This document shows positions 19,564 to 27,877 of a stretch of 32,000 nucleotides of DNA, in pieces; position 1 is the first letter of the stretch, and each line of letters opens with the position of its first letter. The notes beneath the pieces are model-generated. The model was not told where the DNA came from. It was given only the letters and a program-made list of their open reading frames with translations, and did no database searches. Source of the DNA: Nostoc sp. PCC 7120 = FACHB-418 (lineage in GTDB: Bacteria; Cyanobacteriota; Cyanobacteriia; Cyanobacteriales; Nostocaceae); the NCBI RefSeq assembly GCF_000009705.1, contig NC_003272.1, positions 6,270,001 through 6,302,000 on the forward strand, in the 5' to 3' direction. The translations under genes and the position numbers were made by a program.

Positions 19564-21819
19564 ATGAATATCAACCCAGTAGATTCAGCCATCAAGTTGA
19601 AGCAACAGTCGCATCCGCATATTCTTTTTGGGACAGAGGTAGATGAACAAAACAGTGGTGAACAGTTATTACTGAGTATGTATGATTCTGTGCAGACATC
19701 TATATTTGTGGTGGATGTTCTGCAAGATGGAGATTTTCAGTATGTAGCACTCAATCCCACCCATGAAAGATGGGTAGGCATTAGGTCAGAAGATTTGCGG
19801 GGCAAAAAACCAGAAGATATTTTAACAGCAGTTGACGCGGCTAAAGTGCGTCAGCATTATGCTGACTGTGTACGCTTTGGCAAAACGATTTCCTACGAAC
19901 AATGCTTGCAGTTTCAGGGAGTAAGCACTTGGTGGAGTACAACGCTTACGCCACTACGAGATACTAATTCCAAAATTTATCGATTGATTGGCACTAGTAG
20001 TAATATCACGGCGGTAAAACAAACAGCACAAGCCAGAGAAATTCAAGCAGAAGGCGCGCAGATTTTAGGCGCAATTGCCCAAAGAATTCAGGAATCTTTG
20101 GATTTAGAAACAATCCTTTATCAAACCGCCAAAGATTTACGACAGTGTTTAAAATGCGATCGCATTCTGATTTATCAAATCAAATCTGATAATAATGGTG
20201 CAATTGTTGCCGAATCAACTATATTGCCCAATGTTTCCCTCTTGGGGAAACACTTCCGAGATCCTTGCTTCACAGGTAAATACAAGGAACGTCAAGGGCG
20301 ATGTTGTCTAGAAATTATTGAAGATATCTATGCAGCAGGAGTGAAACCTTGCCAAAGAGATTTCCTCGCCTCCATGCAGGTGAGGGCTAATATAGTTGTG
20401 CCAATAGCCTTAAAATCAGACTTGTGGGGGCTATTAATTGCCCAATACTGCGATGAACCACACCAATGGCAGCAAATAGAAATTGACTTACTCAAGCAAC
20501 TAGCAACACAGTTGGGTATAGCCATTCAAAATACGAAACTACAACAGCAACTAAAACAACTGCAAACCAAGCTAGCAACACACAAACATGAGCAGCAAGC
20601 CCAAGTAAAGCAGTCAGACAAATTTCAAGCACTAGTTTTAGATATTACAGAGAAAACCCGTGATTACAGCGACGAAACGCAAGTTTTAGCAACAGTCACT
20701 CAAGAATTAGCCAATTTATTCCAACTAGAGTCTTGCTATATCGAACTTTATAACACCGACTGCACCGCAGTTAGTGTAGTTTGTGAATATGCAGCTAACC
20801 AACCAACATACCAGGGACTAACTAGACAAATTGCGGACTTTAGCGAAATCTATCAACCACTATTGCAAAAACAGCATTTCCAAACCATAGAAATTGTCCC
20901 AGGTTGGCATCCTCAATTATTGGTAATTACCCAACTGGCTTGTCCCATTTTCGATGCTCAAGGGATGCTGGGTAATTTGTGGCTGATTCGACCCATACAA
21001 CAAATGCTCAGTCAATCAGAAATCTGCCTAGTACAAACTTTAGCAAATTTATGTGCGATCGCCATTCGCCAAGCAAAGTTAGACGCAACGAACCAAGCAC
21101 GACTGAAAAAATTAGAACAGCGAGAAAGCCTGACCAACAAATTTCTCAGAAAACTTTCTCAAGAACTGCGGACACCAATAACTAGTATTAGCCTAGCAGC
21201 GCAAACTCTCGAAACTGTCCTTTCACCGACAATTACATTAGATGAAATCATCCCCCAGCTTTTACAGATTCTGCATAATGAGTGCGGTAGAGAAAGCAAG
21301 TTAATTAACGACTTATTGACACTTACCTATCTGCAAACCAAACCAGAACCACCTACACTCATTTCCATCGACTTCCAAACCTGGCTTCCCCCCATCGTAG
21401 AATCCTTTCGTGACCTCAGCAGTTGTCAGCAACAGCGATTGAACTTGATGATTGAGCCAGGGTTACCACGTTTAGAAACAGATATCACCGAACTAGAACG
21501 GATTGTCACCGAACTACTCAGTCATACCTGCAAATATACTCCGGCTGGTGAATCAATTACAGTTTCCGCCCAATTCATAGCTGACACTGTGCAACTAAGT
21601 ATTAGCAATTCTGGGTTAGAAATTCCTACTCATGTGCGATCGCGCATCTTCGAGCCGTTCTATCATATTTCTAACAACGATCCTTGGAAATATAGTGGTA
21701 CTGGCTTGGAAATGGCATTAGTACAGAAAATGGTCAGGCATTTAGGCGGCTCAATTTCTGTCGAGAGTGGTCATGGTCAAACCACTTTTATAATCAGATT
21801 TCCCGGCTCACTCAGCTAA
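19564..21819 (+). CDS. PAS-GAF-GAF-HisKA-HATPase sensor-kinase-like protein with a degenerate catalytic core
   Basis: 751 aa. PAS-like N-terminus, two GAF-like blocks separated by a Q-rich coiled coil, a DHp-like segment FLRKLSQELRTPITSI, and an ATPase-like C-terminus. See the finding for the off-consensus catalytic residues. Confidence 0.85.
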   Translation: MNINPVDSAIKLKQQSHPHILFGTEVDEQNSGEQLLLSMYDSVQTSIFVVDVLQDGDFQYVALNPTHERWVGIRSEDLRGKKPEDILTAVDAAKVRQHYADCVRFGKTISYEQCLQFQGVSTWWSTTLTPLRDTNSKIYRLIGTSSNITAVKQTAQAREIQAEGAQILGAIAQRIQESLDLETILYQTAKDLRQCLKCDRILIYQIKSDNNGAIVAESTILPNVSLLGKHFRDPCFTGKYKERQGRCCLEIIEDIYAAGVKPCQRDFLASMQVRANIVVPIALKSDLWGLLIAQYCDEPHQWQQIEIDLLKQLATQLGIAIQNTKLQQQLKQLQTKLATHKHEQQAQVKQSDKFQALVLDITEKTRDYSDETQVLATVTQELANLFQLESCYIELYNTDCTAVSVVCEYAANQPTYQGLTRQIADFSEIYQPLLQKQHFQTIEIVPGWHPQLLVITQLACPIFDAQGMLGNLWLIRPIQQMLSQSEICLVQTLANLCAIAIRQAKLDATNQARLKKLEQRESLTNKFLRKLSQELRTPITSISLAAQTLETVLSPTITLDEIIPQLLQILHNECGRESKLINDLLTLTYLQTKPEPPTLISIDFQTWLPPIVESFRDLSSCQQQRLNLMIEPGLPRLETDITELERIVTELLSHTCKYTPAGESITVSAQFIADTVQLSISNSGLEIPTHVRSRIFEPFYHISNNDPWKYSGTGLEMALVQKMVRHLGGSISVESGHGQTTFIIRFPGSLS

Positions 21820-21863
21820 ATCTTGGCAGAACTACAGAATTTTGTTAATATAGTGATTGGTGT

Positions 21864-21936
<73 letters not shown>

Positions 21937-22066
21937 TTATTCTATAATTATTCTCAAAAAATAAATTGGGTTTCATAGTAAGTAAGTCACCTGAATGCTT
22001 CATTATTGGCTATTTACGCCTAATATGAAATGCCATGTTCCTATACATTAATTTGTAATTTTTCAT

Positions 22067-22104
22067 ACCCACAGACTTATTCTGTAGGGTATTTTTAATT
22101 TTTT
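22067..22104 (+). terminator. Plus-strand intrinsic-terminator-like hairpin with a T-run, about 130 nt downstream of tRNA-Lys
   Basis: ACCCACAGA (22067-22075) pairs with TCTGTAGGGT (22081-22090) with one bulged A, followed by atttttaatttttt. The T-run is on the + strand only and overlaps the stop codon of the minus-strand 289-aa gene. Confidence 0.4.
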
Positions 22105-22972
22105 AATAGGGTGGATAGCCAAAATCATCTTCATCAGGGTAAATGTAAGAGCTAGAAACCCCAGCCATTGCCATTTTCGGAGTTTCTGTTCTGACAGGTT
22201 CCTTGCCAAAATCTTTGTAATCTTCAAATGTTTTACAAATAATTGTAGATTCGGTTGCATCAGAAGCTATCAGGTAATTAGTCAGATTACCAATTGATGG
22301 ATGTTCATAATCTACAGTTGAAGCCACCAAAACCGTATTTGGTTCAATTCCTCTTTCTTCACACTCAATAATCGGGCAGAAAATACCGTGAGCATGGAAC
22401 AAAGGCCCTTTCGGCGTGATTGGCTGCTTGCGATATAAAGCGTAAGCTCTTTCTATCTCCGCCACAAAACCACTAACTACTTTGCCTTGTTGAAATTCAC
22501 AATAAGTTTTGCTAAAACTTGCTCCGGCTGCACCATTTAAGGTTAATTGCAGTGGTGATTCATGCAAAAACTTTTTATTTCCACCAACCAAGAAAATTAG
22601 ATAACGTGTAAAGGTCTTAAATTTCAGTTTATCTGCCAAAAACGCATCATAATTTTCTTTCAACGTTCCCAATTTGATACCAGTCTCTCTGTCTTTAACA
22701 GACAAAGGCCCCCGCCGCACTATCACTATTCGGGGAGTCGCACTAATGAAAACTGTTTCGATACCGGAACTAAATTCATGTTCCACCTTTTGCCAATTTT
22801 CATCCGGCTGAAAGCCCACAGCTTGAGCATTATCCAGCTTAATCGCTAAACCGTGGTGCTGAATACCATCTGTGCCATACCGAGGATTGATCATCTGACA
22901 CCAAGGGATGACTTGAGAAGGGGGTGCATTAAATTTCTCGTCCTCAAAGTCGAACTTAGCAGATGCTTTCAT
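22103..22972 (-). CDS. Hypothetical protein, 289 aa, no family I can assign
   Basis: Long clean ORF with an ATG start and balanced composition. Acidic/aromatic C-terminal tail YIYPDEDDFGYPPY. Flanked by AT-rich ORF-free DNA. Confidence 0.7.
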   Translation of the reverse strand: MKASAKFDFEDEKFNAPPSQVIPWCQMINPRYGTDGIQHHGLAIKLDNAQAVGFQPDENWQKVEHEFSSGIETVFISATPRIVIVRRGPLSVKDRETGIKLGTLKENYDAFLADKLKFKTFTRYLIFLVGGNKKFLHESPLQLTLNGAAGASFSKTYCEFQQGKVVSGFVAEIERAYALYRKQPITPKGPLFHAHGIFCPIIECEERGIEPNTVLVASTVDYEHPSIGNLTNYLIASDATESTIICKTFEDYKDFGKEPVRTETPKMAMAGVSSSYIYPDEDDFGYPPY

Positions 22973-23315
22973 CGTTTTAGGCTACGGGGTGTTTTTCTAG
23001 GGAAATTCGTCGGCACAGTACCGACACTTTGATGCCAGTTAAAGAAACCAGCCCATTGTTTTTCCAGATTAAGACAGAATCAATCTATGTTGCAATCCCT
23101 GTTTTGTTTTTTAACAACAACTTCACTCCCACTTAACCGTATTTTCCCCAGCTAACACCTAATTTCCCCAAAAAACCGCGTAAACCTAATTTTTTTATCT
23201 GCACTCTTGTATCAATTGTCCTTTATCAAAAAATTGGGTCGAATAAGGGCTGTTAACAGTTAACTGTCAACCGTCAACAACCCTCACAATATACCCTGCC
23301 AGAATCTAAGTCTTA

Positions 23316-24059
23316 TTAAGTCGGTGGTAATGACTCCGGTGGTGCTTCTGCGGGGGGAGCGAGTACCGCATCAGGGGCAATTTCTTCCACAGGAATTGGT
23401 TCCTTGTTTTCAGACTCAGGATGTGATTGGGCTGCTTCCACCAATTCAGGGGCTGGGGGGTTGGGTGGAATCACTTCTGGTATGACTTCGGTTGTGGATG
23501 CAGTCTCAATAGAGACAACTGCTGTTACTGGTTCTGTGGTTTGGGTTCCAGTAGCGCTAACAGTCTCCTCTAATGGTTTTTCGGTTTTGTCGATGATCTC
23601 AACAGATGGTTTTGCTGGAGCGGGCGCTGGGGTAGTTGTGGCTTTTTTCGTATCAGTTTTTTGTACTTTGTTTTTCAAACCACTGAATGTACCACTCACA
23701 CCCTGTTGTAACTGGGCAAATTTTTCTTGAAGAGAAAACTTAGCAGCTTGTTCTTGGATGGTTGACTGTACCACCTCAGGACTTGGTACGGCGGTTTGTT
23801 GTGCGAGTGGAGTCACCTGGCGGCGTAATGAAAGAGTTTGCCAGCCAAACCAAATTAGGAGTGCCACACTAGCCACATGACCCAGTAAGAGACCTCCAGA
23901 AATTTTTGGCGCGAAAATCCACAAAACTAGGGCATAAAAAAGCCCTACCCCACTCCAAATAAAATCATTCTTACGATGGATTTCCGGAAAAAAGAAAGCT
24001 GCAATGTAGATTGCTAAACTACCAAGGCCAACCACCAAGGCTAGGACATTTGCCAGCAT
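23316..24059 (-). CDS. ycf66: Ycf66 family membrane protein with a Pro/Thr/Glu-rich C-terminal extension
   Basis: The N-terminus MLANVLALVVGLGSLAIYIAAFFFPEIHRKNDFIWSGVGLFYALVLW... matches the Ycf66 N-terminal domain as I recall it. The tail is low complexity. Confidence 0.75.
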   Translation of the reverse strand: MLANVLALVVGLGSLAIYIAAFFFPEIHRKNDFIWSGVGLFYALVLWIFAPKISGGLLLGHVASVALLIWFGWQTLSLRRQVTPLAQQTAVPSPEVVQSTIQEQAAKFSLQEKFAQLQQGVSGTFSGLKNKVQKTDTKKATTTPAPAPAKPSVEIIDKTEKPLEETVSATGTQTTEPVTAVVSIETASTTEVIPEVIPPNPPAPELVEAAQSHPESENKEPIPVEEIAPDAVLAPPAEAPPESLPPT

Positions 24060-24080
24060 TTTTTGGTTACTCCTTTTACT

Positions 24081-24199
24081 AGGGATTGGATATTGGGGAC
24101 TGGGGATTGGGAATCGGGGATTAGGGATGGAAAATATGTCTCACTTTCTTCTCTCATCCCCTAGTACCCAGCACCTAGTCCCCAATCCCTAGCCCCAAT
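24081..24199. repeat. Degenerate STRR1-like arrays in inverted orientation (GGGGAYT units facing their complement)
   Basis: Left arm 24081-24130: agggattggatattggggactggggattgggaatcggggattagggatgg. Right arm 24155-24199: catcccctagtacccagcacctagtccccaatccctagccccaat. It lies in the divergent ycf66/gnd intergenic region. Confidence 0.7.
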
Positions 24200-24376
24200 T
24201 TCGCAAATTTTACAAGTTAATTGTTGATTTGGATACAAATTAAAACTATTTATCTGTGTTACTAGTGAGCTTTTATTCTTTAAATTAACTCTTAATGTCT
24301 TCTTTAGGGGAGAAGAGAAAAACTCGGTCTACCCTTAAAGATGAAAGAACCTGCAAGAGTTAGCCAAACATAGTTT

Positions 24377-25807
24377 ATGACACTACAAAGCTTTGGTGTG
24401 ATTGGTTTAGCCGTTATGGGCGAGAATATCGCTCTAAACGTGGAGCGTAATGGCTTCCCAATTGCAGTTTATAACCGTTCCAGAGAAAAAACCGATGCTT
24501 TCATGGCACAGCGTGCTGGTGGACGCAACGTTAAAGCTGCTTTTACCCTGGAAGAGTTTGTCGCCGCACTAGAACGTCCCCGCAAGATTCTGGTGATGGT
24601 GCAAGCTGGTAAACCAGTGGATGCAGTAATTCAGCAGCTCAAACCTCTACTAGATGAAGGCGATATCATCATCGACGGTGGCAACTCTTGGTTTGAAGAT
24701 ACCCAAAGACGGACTCAAGAACTAGAACCAGCAGGCTTACGCTTCCTGGGGATGGGTGTCAGTGGTGGTGAAGAAGGCGCACTTAATGGCCCTTCACTGA
24801 TGCCCGGTGGTACACAAAGTTCTTACGAGTATCTGTCCCCAATTTTCAACAAAATTGCTGCTCAAGTTGATGATGGCCCTTGTGTAACTTATGTTGGCCC
24901 TGGTGGTTCCGGTCACTACGTCAAAATGGTACACAACGGTATTGAGTATGGCGATATGCAGTTGATTGCAGAAGCCTACGACTTGCTGAAAAATGCTGGT
25001 GGGCTGAATGCTAAACAGCTACATGAAGTATTCACAGAATGGAATACTACCGACGAACTCAATTCTTTCTTGATTGAGATTACAGCCAACATCTTCCCCT
25101 ACATCGACCCAGAGACCAAGTTACCTTTGGTGGATTTGATTGTTGATGCAGCCGGTCAAAAGGGAACTGGACGCTGGACTGTACAAACTGCTTTGGAATT
25201 GGGTGTTTCTATCCCTACCATTACAGCAGCCGTGAATGCTCGGATTATCTCTTCCATTCGAGATGAACGGATTGCTGCATCTAAGCAGTTGACAGGCCCC
25301 AGTGGCAAATATGATGGCGATACCAAAGAGTTTATCAACAAAGTCCGGGATGCACTTTACTGCTCCAAGATTTGTTCTTATGCTCAAGGGATGGCGCTGT
25401 TATCTACAGCCTCAGCCACATTTAATTGGAATTTGAATCTGAGTGAAATGGCGCGGATTTGGAAAGGTGGTTGTATTATTCGCGCTGGCTTCTTGAATAA
25501 GATTAAGAAGGCATTTAACGAAAATCCCGCATTACCCAACTTGCTACTCGCTCCTGAATTTAAACAAACAATTCTCGACAGACAAGCAGCTTGGCGGGAA
25601 GTAATCATCACTGCGGCAAAACTCGGAATCCCAGTACCCGCATTTAGCGCATCCTTGGATTATTTTGACAGCTATCGCCGCGATCGCCTACCCCAAAACC
25701 TCACCCAGGCACAACGCGACTACTTCGGCGCACACACCTACTTGCGTACCGATAAAGCTGGCGCTTTCCACACTGAATGGGTTCCTATCGCTGAAGCGAA
25801 GAAATAA
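24377..25807 (+). CDS. gnd: 6-phosphogluconate dehydrogenase, decarboxylating (NADP+)
   Basis: 476 aa. GVIGLAVMGENIALN Rossmann fold, MGVSGGEEGA, GSGHYVKMVHNGIEYGDMQLIAEAY and AQRDYFGAHTY. Confidence 0.95.
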   Translation: MTLQSFGVIGLAVMGENIALNVERNGFPIAVYNRSREKTDAFMAQRAGGRNVKAAFTLEEFVAALERPRKILVMVQAGKPVDAVIQQLKPLLDEGDIIIDGGNSWFEDTQRRTQELEPAGLRFLGMGVSGGEEGALNGPSLMPGGTQSSYEYLSPIFNKIAAQVDDGPCVTYVGPGGSGHYVKMVHNGIEYGDMQLIAEAYDLLKNAGGLNAKQLHEVFTEWNTTDELNSFLIEITANIFPYIDPETKLPLVDLIVDAAGQKGTGRWTVQTALELGVSIPTITAAVNARIISSIRDERIAASKQLTGPSGKYDGDTKEFINKVRDALYCSKICSYAQGMALLSTASATFNWNLNLSEMARIWKGGCIIRAGFLNKIKKAFNENPALPNLLLAPEFKQTILDRQAAWREVIITAAKLGIPVPAFSASLDYFDSYRRDRLPQNLTQAQRDYFGAHTYLRTDKAGAFHTEWVPIAEAKK

Positions 25808-25842
25808 GCTGGTAATTCTCTAAATTCTGAATTTAATTTATT

Positions 25843-25873
25843 AGTGACTCTAAATATTAGAGTCACTTTTTTA
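25843..25873 (+). terminator. Rho-independent terminator of gnd
   Basis: AGTGACTCTAA-ata-TTAGAGTCACT (11-bp perfect stem, 25843-25867) followed by tttttt. Confidence 0.85.
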
Positions 25874-25930
25874 TCAAGTTAAGTCCACTCGTACAGTCAC
25901 TCAAGAAAACCTGGATAATACTGGATTAAC

Positions 25931-26257
25931 CTAAGGAACATACATACACAAGCATTTTTCTATCCAAGAATTAAGGCTTTGTCCCTCTTTCTTCGCTTTG
26001 ATGGCGATGATTTTATGTAATTCAGGGTTAATTCTGAGCATGAGTTTTCCTGAAAAGGGTTTTTCAGGTTCTTCGCCACGTTCTTGACAAAATTCTAAAT
26101 AATCGTCTACTGAATCATGAAAAGCTTGCTTTAGCTCTTTGACGCTGTCACCCTGAAATGTAATCACATCTCGAAGGTTAATTACTTCCCCATGAAAAAT
26201 TTCAGCTTCATCATCAAATTCGACAATGGCTTCATATCCTTTATATTTCATTGTCAC
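25931..26257 (-). CDS. hicB: HicB family antitoxin (N-terminal HicB fold plus C-terminal RHH-like DNA-binding tail)
   Basis: MKYKGYEAIVEFDDEAEIFHGEVINLRDVITFQGDSVKELKQAFHDSVDDYLEFC...GKLMLRINPELHKIIAIKAKKEGQSLNSWI. The codon at 26255-26257 is GTG. The likely start is ATG at 26251, which overlaps the hicA 3' end by 11 nt. Confidence 0.85.
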   Translation of the reverse strand: MTMKYKGYEAIVEFDDEAEIFHGEVINLRDVITFQGDSVKELKQAFHDSVDDYLEFCQERGEEPEKPFSGKLMLRINPELHKIIAIKAKKEGQSLNSWIEKCLCMYVP

Positions 26258-26537
26258 TAAGTCCTCCCGTCTCCAAGTCCTCTTGAACCCCAGACTCTGT
26301 TAAGAAGCGCCGCATAGACTTAACAGCACCTTTATCGGTTTCTTTTTCCGGGTGTGGTCTGTGAAAAGTCGCCTTGACACCATTAAGAGCTATTCTCACC
26401 CTTGACCCCCTTCCTTCTGACACTTCCGCACCAAGGGCAATTAGCATAGACTCAATATCACTCCAAGGAATATTGGATCTAACGGGATTTTCAAAAATGT
26501 CATCCAGTGTTTTTTGATGTTTACTGTTAAGTCCCAT
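26241..26537 (-). CDS. hicA: HicA family mRNA-interferase toxin
   Basis: 98 aa. KHQKTLDDIF.....NIPWSDIESMLIALGAEVSEGRGSRVRI.LNGVKATFHRPHP is the HicA/YcfA pattern. Toxin-first order with overlap into hicB. Confidence 0.8.
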   Translation of the reverse strand: MGLNSKHQKTLDDIFENPVRSNIPWSDIESMLIALGAEVSEGRGSRVRIALNGVKATFHRPHPEKETDKGAVKSMRRFLTESGVQEDLETGGLSDNEI

Positions 26538-26540
26538 TAT

Positions 26541-26563
26541 ATAGTATCATTTGGTGATACTAT
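26541..26563. promoter_or_regulatory. Perfect 9-bp inverted repeat immediately upstream of hicA (candidate HicB operator)
   Basis: ATAGTATCA-tttgg-TGATACTAT at 26541-26563. The hicA ATG is at 26535-26537. Confidence 0.5.
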
Positions 26564-26595
26564 TATCCATCGTACTGGTTACATTTTGCTAGATG

Positions 26596-27744
26596 TTAGG
26601 CGTTATTATTCCCAAGATACTTAGCTTTTAATTCTTCTAGCTCTAAATCTATTTCACTTTTAGCCGCATTATTATTAGTTGCAGGTTGCGGCTGTATATT
26701 TTGCGGTTTTGATTTCCCCCCAGGCAAAAACTGAGTTTTCAATTCCTCTAATTCCAAATCAATTTGACTTTGGGATTTTGACACAGGTTGTGGGGAAGGT
26801 ATTTGTGGAGGTTGATGACTAGATTTTGCTGGCGTGTTTACTACAGGTGAATATTGATTTAAATCTTTTAAAACTTCCTCTACATTTTGATAGCGTCTAG
26901 CGGGAACGCTTGCTGTCATTTTGTTAATAATTTTATGTAAATGATTGCTAACTGGTGGTTTTAAATATTGCTGCCAAATCCAAGTATCATTGTTGGTGTC
27001 GTAGGAATCAAAAGGCGATCGCCCAGTCAACAAATTAATACAAGTAACCCCTAAACTATAAATATCACTGGCAAATATCGCCCTACCCCGCATTTGTTCT
27101 GGAGCAACATATTCTGGGCTACCGATACTTGTACCAGTGTGATTTAAGGCTGTATTAGTGGCAGATTTAGAAGCACCAAAATCTACTACAACTAGTTTGT
27201 TATCGCTATTACGTAAGATAATATTTTCTGGTTTAATATCCCGATGAATCACCTGTCTGTTATGACAAAATTGCAGTACAGGCAATAAATCGTTTAATAA
27301 TTGAATAATGTGCGTTTCCTGGAAAACACCTTTATGTGCTAGTTCCTGCGCTAAGTTTAACCCGTCAATAAATTCTTGTACCAAGTATTGGCGATCGTCT
27401 TGGGTGAAGTATGCCAAAAGTTCAGGAATCTGCGGATGCTTACCCAATTCATCTAACTGTACAGCTTCTTGAGTAAATAATTCCACCGCTTTCTGGACTG
27501 TGTTAGTACCTTGAGCTTGGGGGTAAAATTGCTTAATGACACAGCGAGGTTTGGAGGGCTTATCCTCATCCACTGCTAAGAAAGTTCTGCCAAAACCACC
27601 TTGTCCGATGGGTTTGATAGCCCGATAGCGTTCTTTTAGGTGTAGCTTAGAACCACAACTCAGGCAAAATTTCACATCATGAGGATTTTCAGGCTTGGGA
27701 CAACGGGGGTTCAGACAGTAGCTCATTGGTGGGATGGCGTTCAC
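26596..27744 (-). CDS. Ser/Thr protein kinase with an N-terminal 4-Cys zinc-ribbon prefix and a C-terminal low-complexity tail
   Basis: CLNPRCPKPENPHDVKFCLSCGSKL, then Hanks kinase motifs GQGGFGRTF, VIKQF, HRDIKPENI, DFG and SPEYVAPE. The codon at 27742-27744 is GTG. The likely start is ATG at 27726 (MSYCLNP). Confidence 0.9.
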   Translation of the reverse strand: MNAIPPMSYCLNPRCPKPENPHDVKFCLSCGSKLHLKERYRAIKPIGQGGFGRTFLAVDEDKPSKPRCVIKQFYPQAQGTNTVQKAVELFTQEAVQLDELGKHPQIPELLAYFTQDDRQYLVQEFIDGLNLAQELAHKGVFQETHIIQLLNDLLPVLQFCHNRQVIHRDIKPENIILRNSDNKLVVVDFGASKSATNTALNHTGTSIGSPEYVAPEQMRGRAIFASDIYSLGVTCINLLTGRSPFDSYDTNNDTWIWQQYLKPPVSNHLHKIINKMTASVPARRYQNVEEVLKDLNQYSPVVNTPAKSSHQPPQIPSPQPVSKSQSQIDLELEELKTQFLPGGKSKPQNIQPQPATNNNAAKSEIDLELEELKAKYLGNNNA

Positions 27745-27877
27745 ATCGCTCTTACTGTCTTTATTTTGCCTTGTGCTAGCCCAGAGTGGTTATATTCCTT
27801 GTCTCAATACTCTGTTGAGCCGATGTCACCAGATTGTGTAATAATAAGCCGATCGCTAGAGTAATAAGTTACCGACT

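Noticed and set aside
22063-22260. 65-aa minus-strand ORF overlapping the 3' end of the 289-aa gene
   Set aside because: It is an alternative frame of the longer ORF that extends into the terminator region, with no support.
23404-23730. 108-aa plus-strand ORF antisense to ycf66
   Set aside because: It is the Gly/Ser/Val-rich mirror of the Pro/Thr/Glu-rich tail of Ycf66, a classic low-complexity shadow.
25121-25611. Three minus-strand ORFs inside gnd
   Set aside because: They are antisense frames of a highly conserved enzyme gene.
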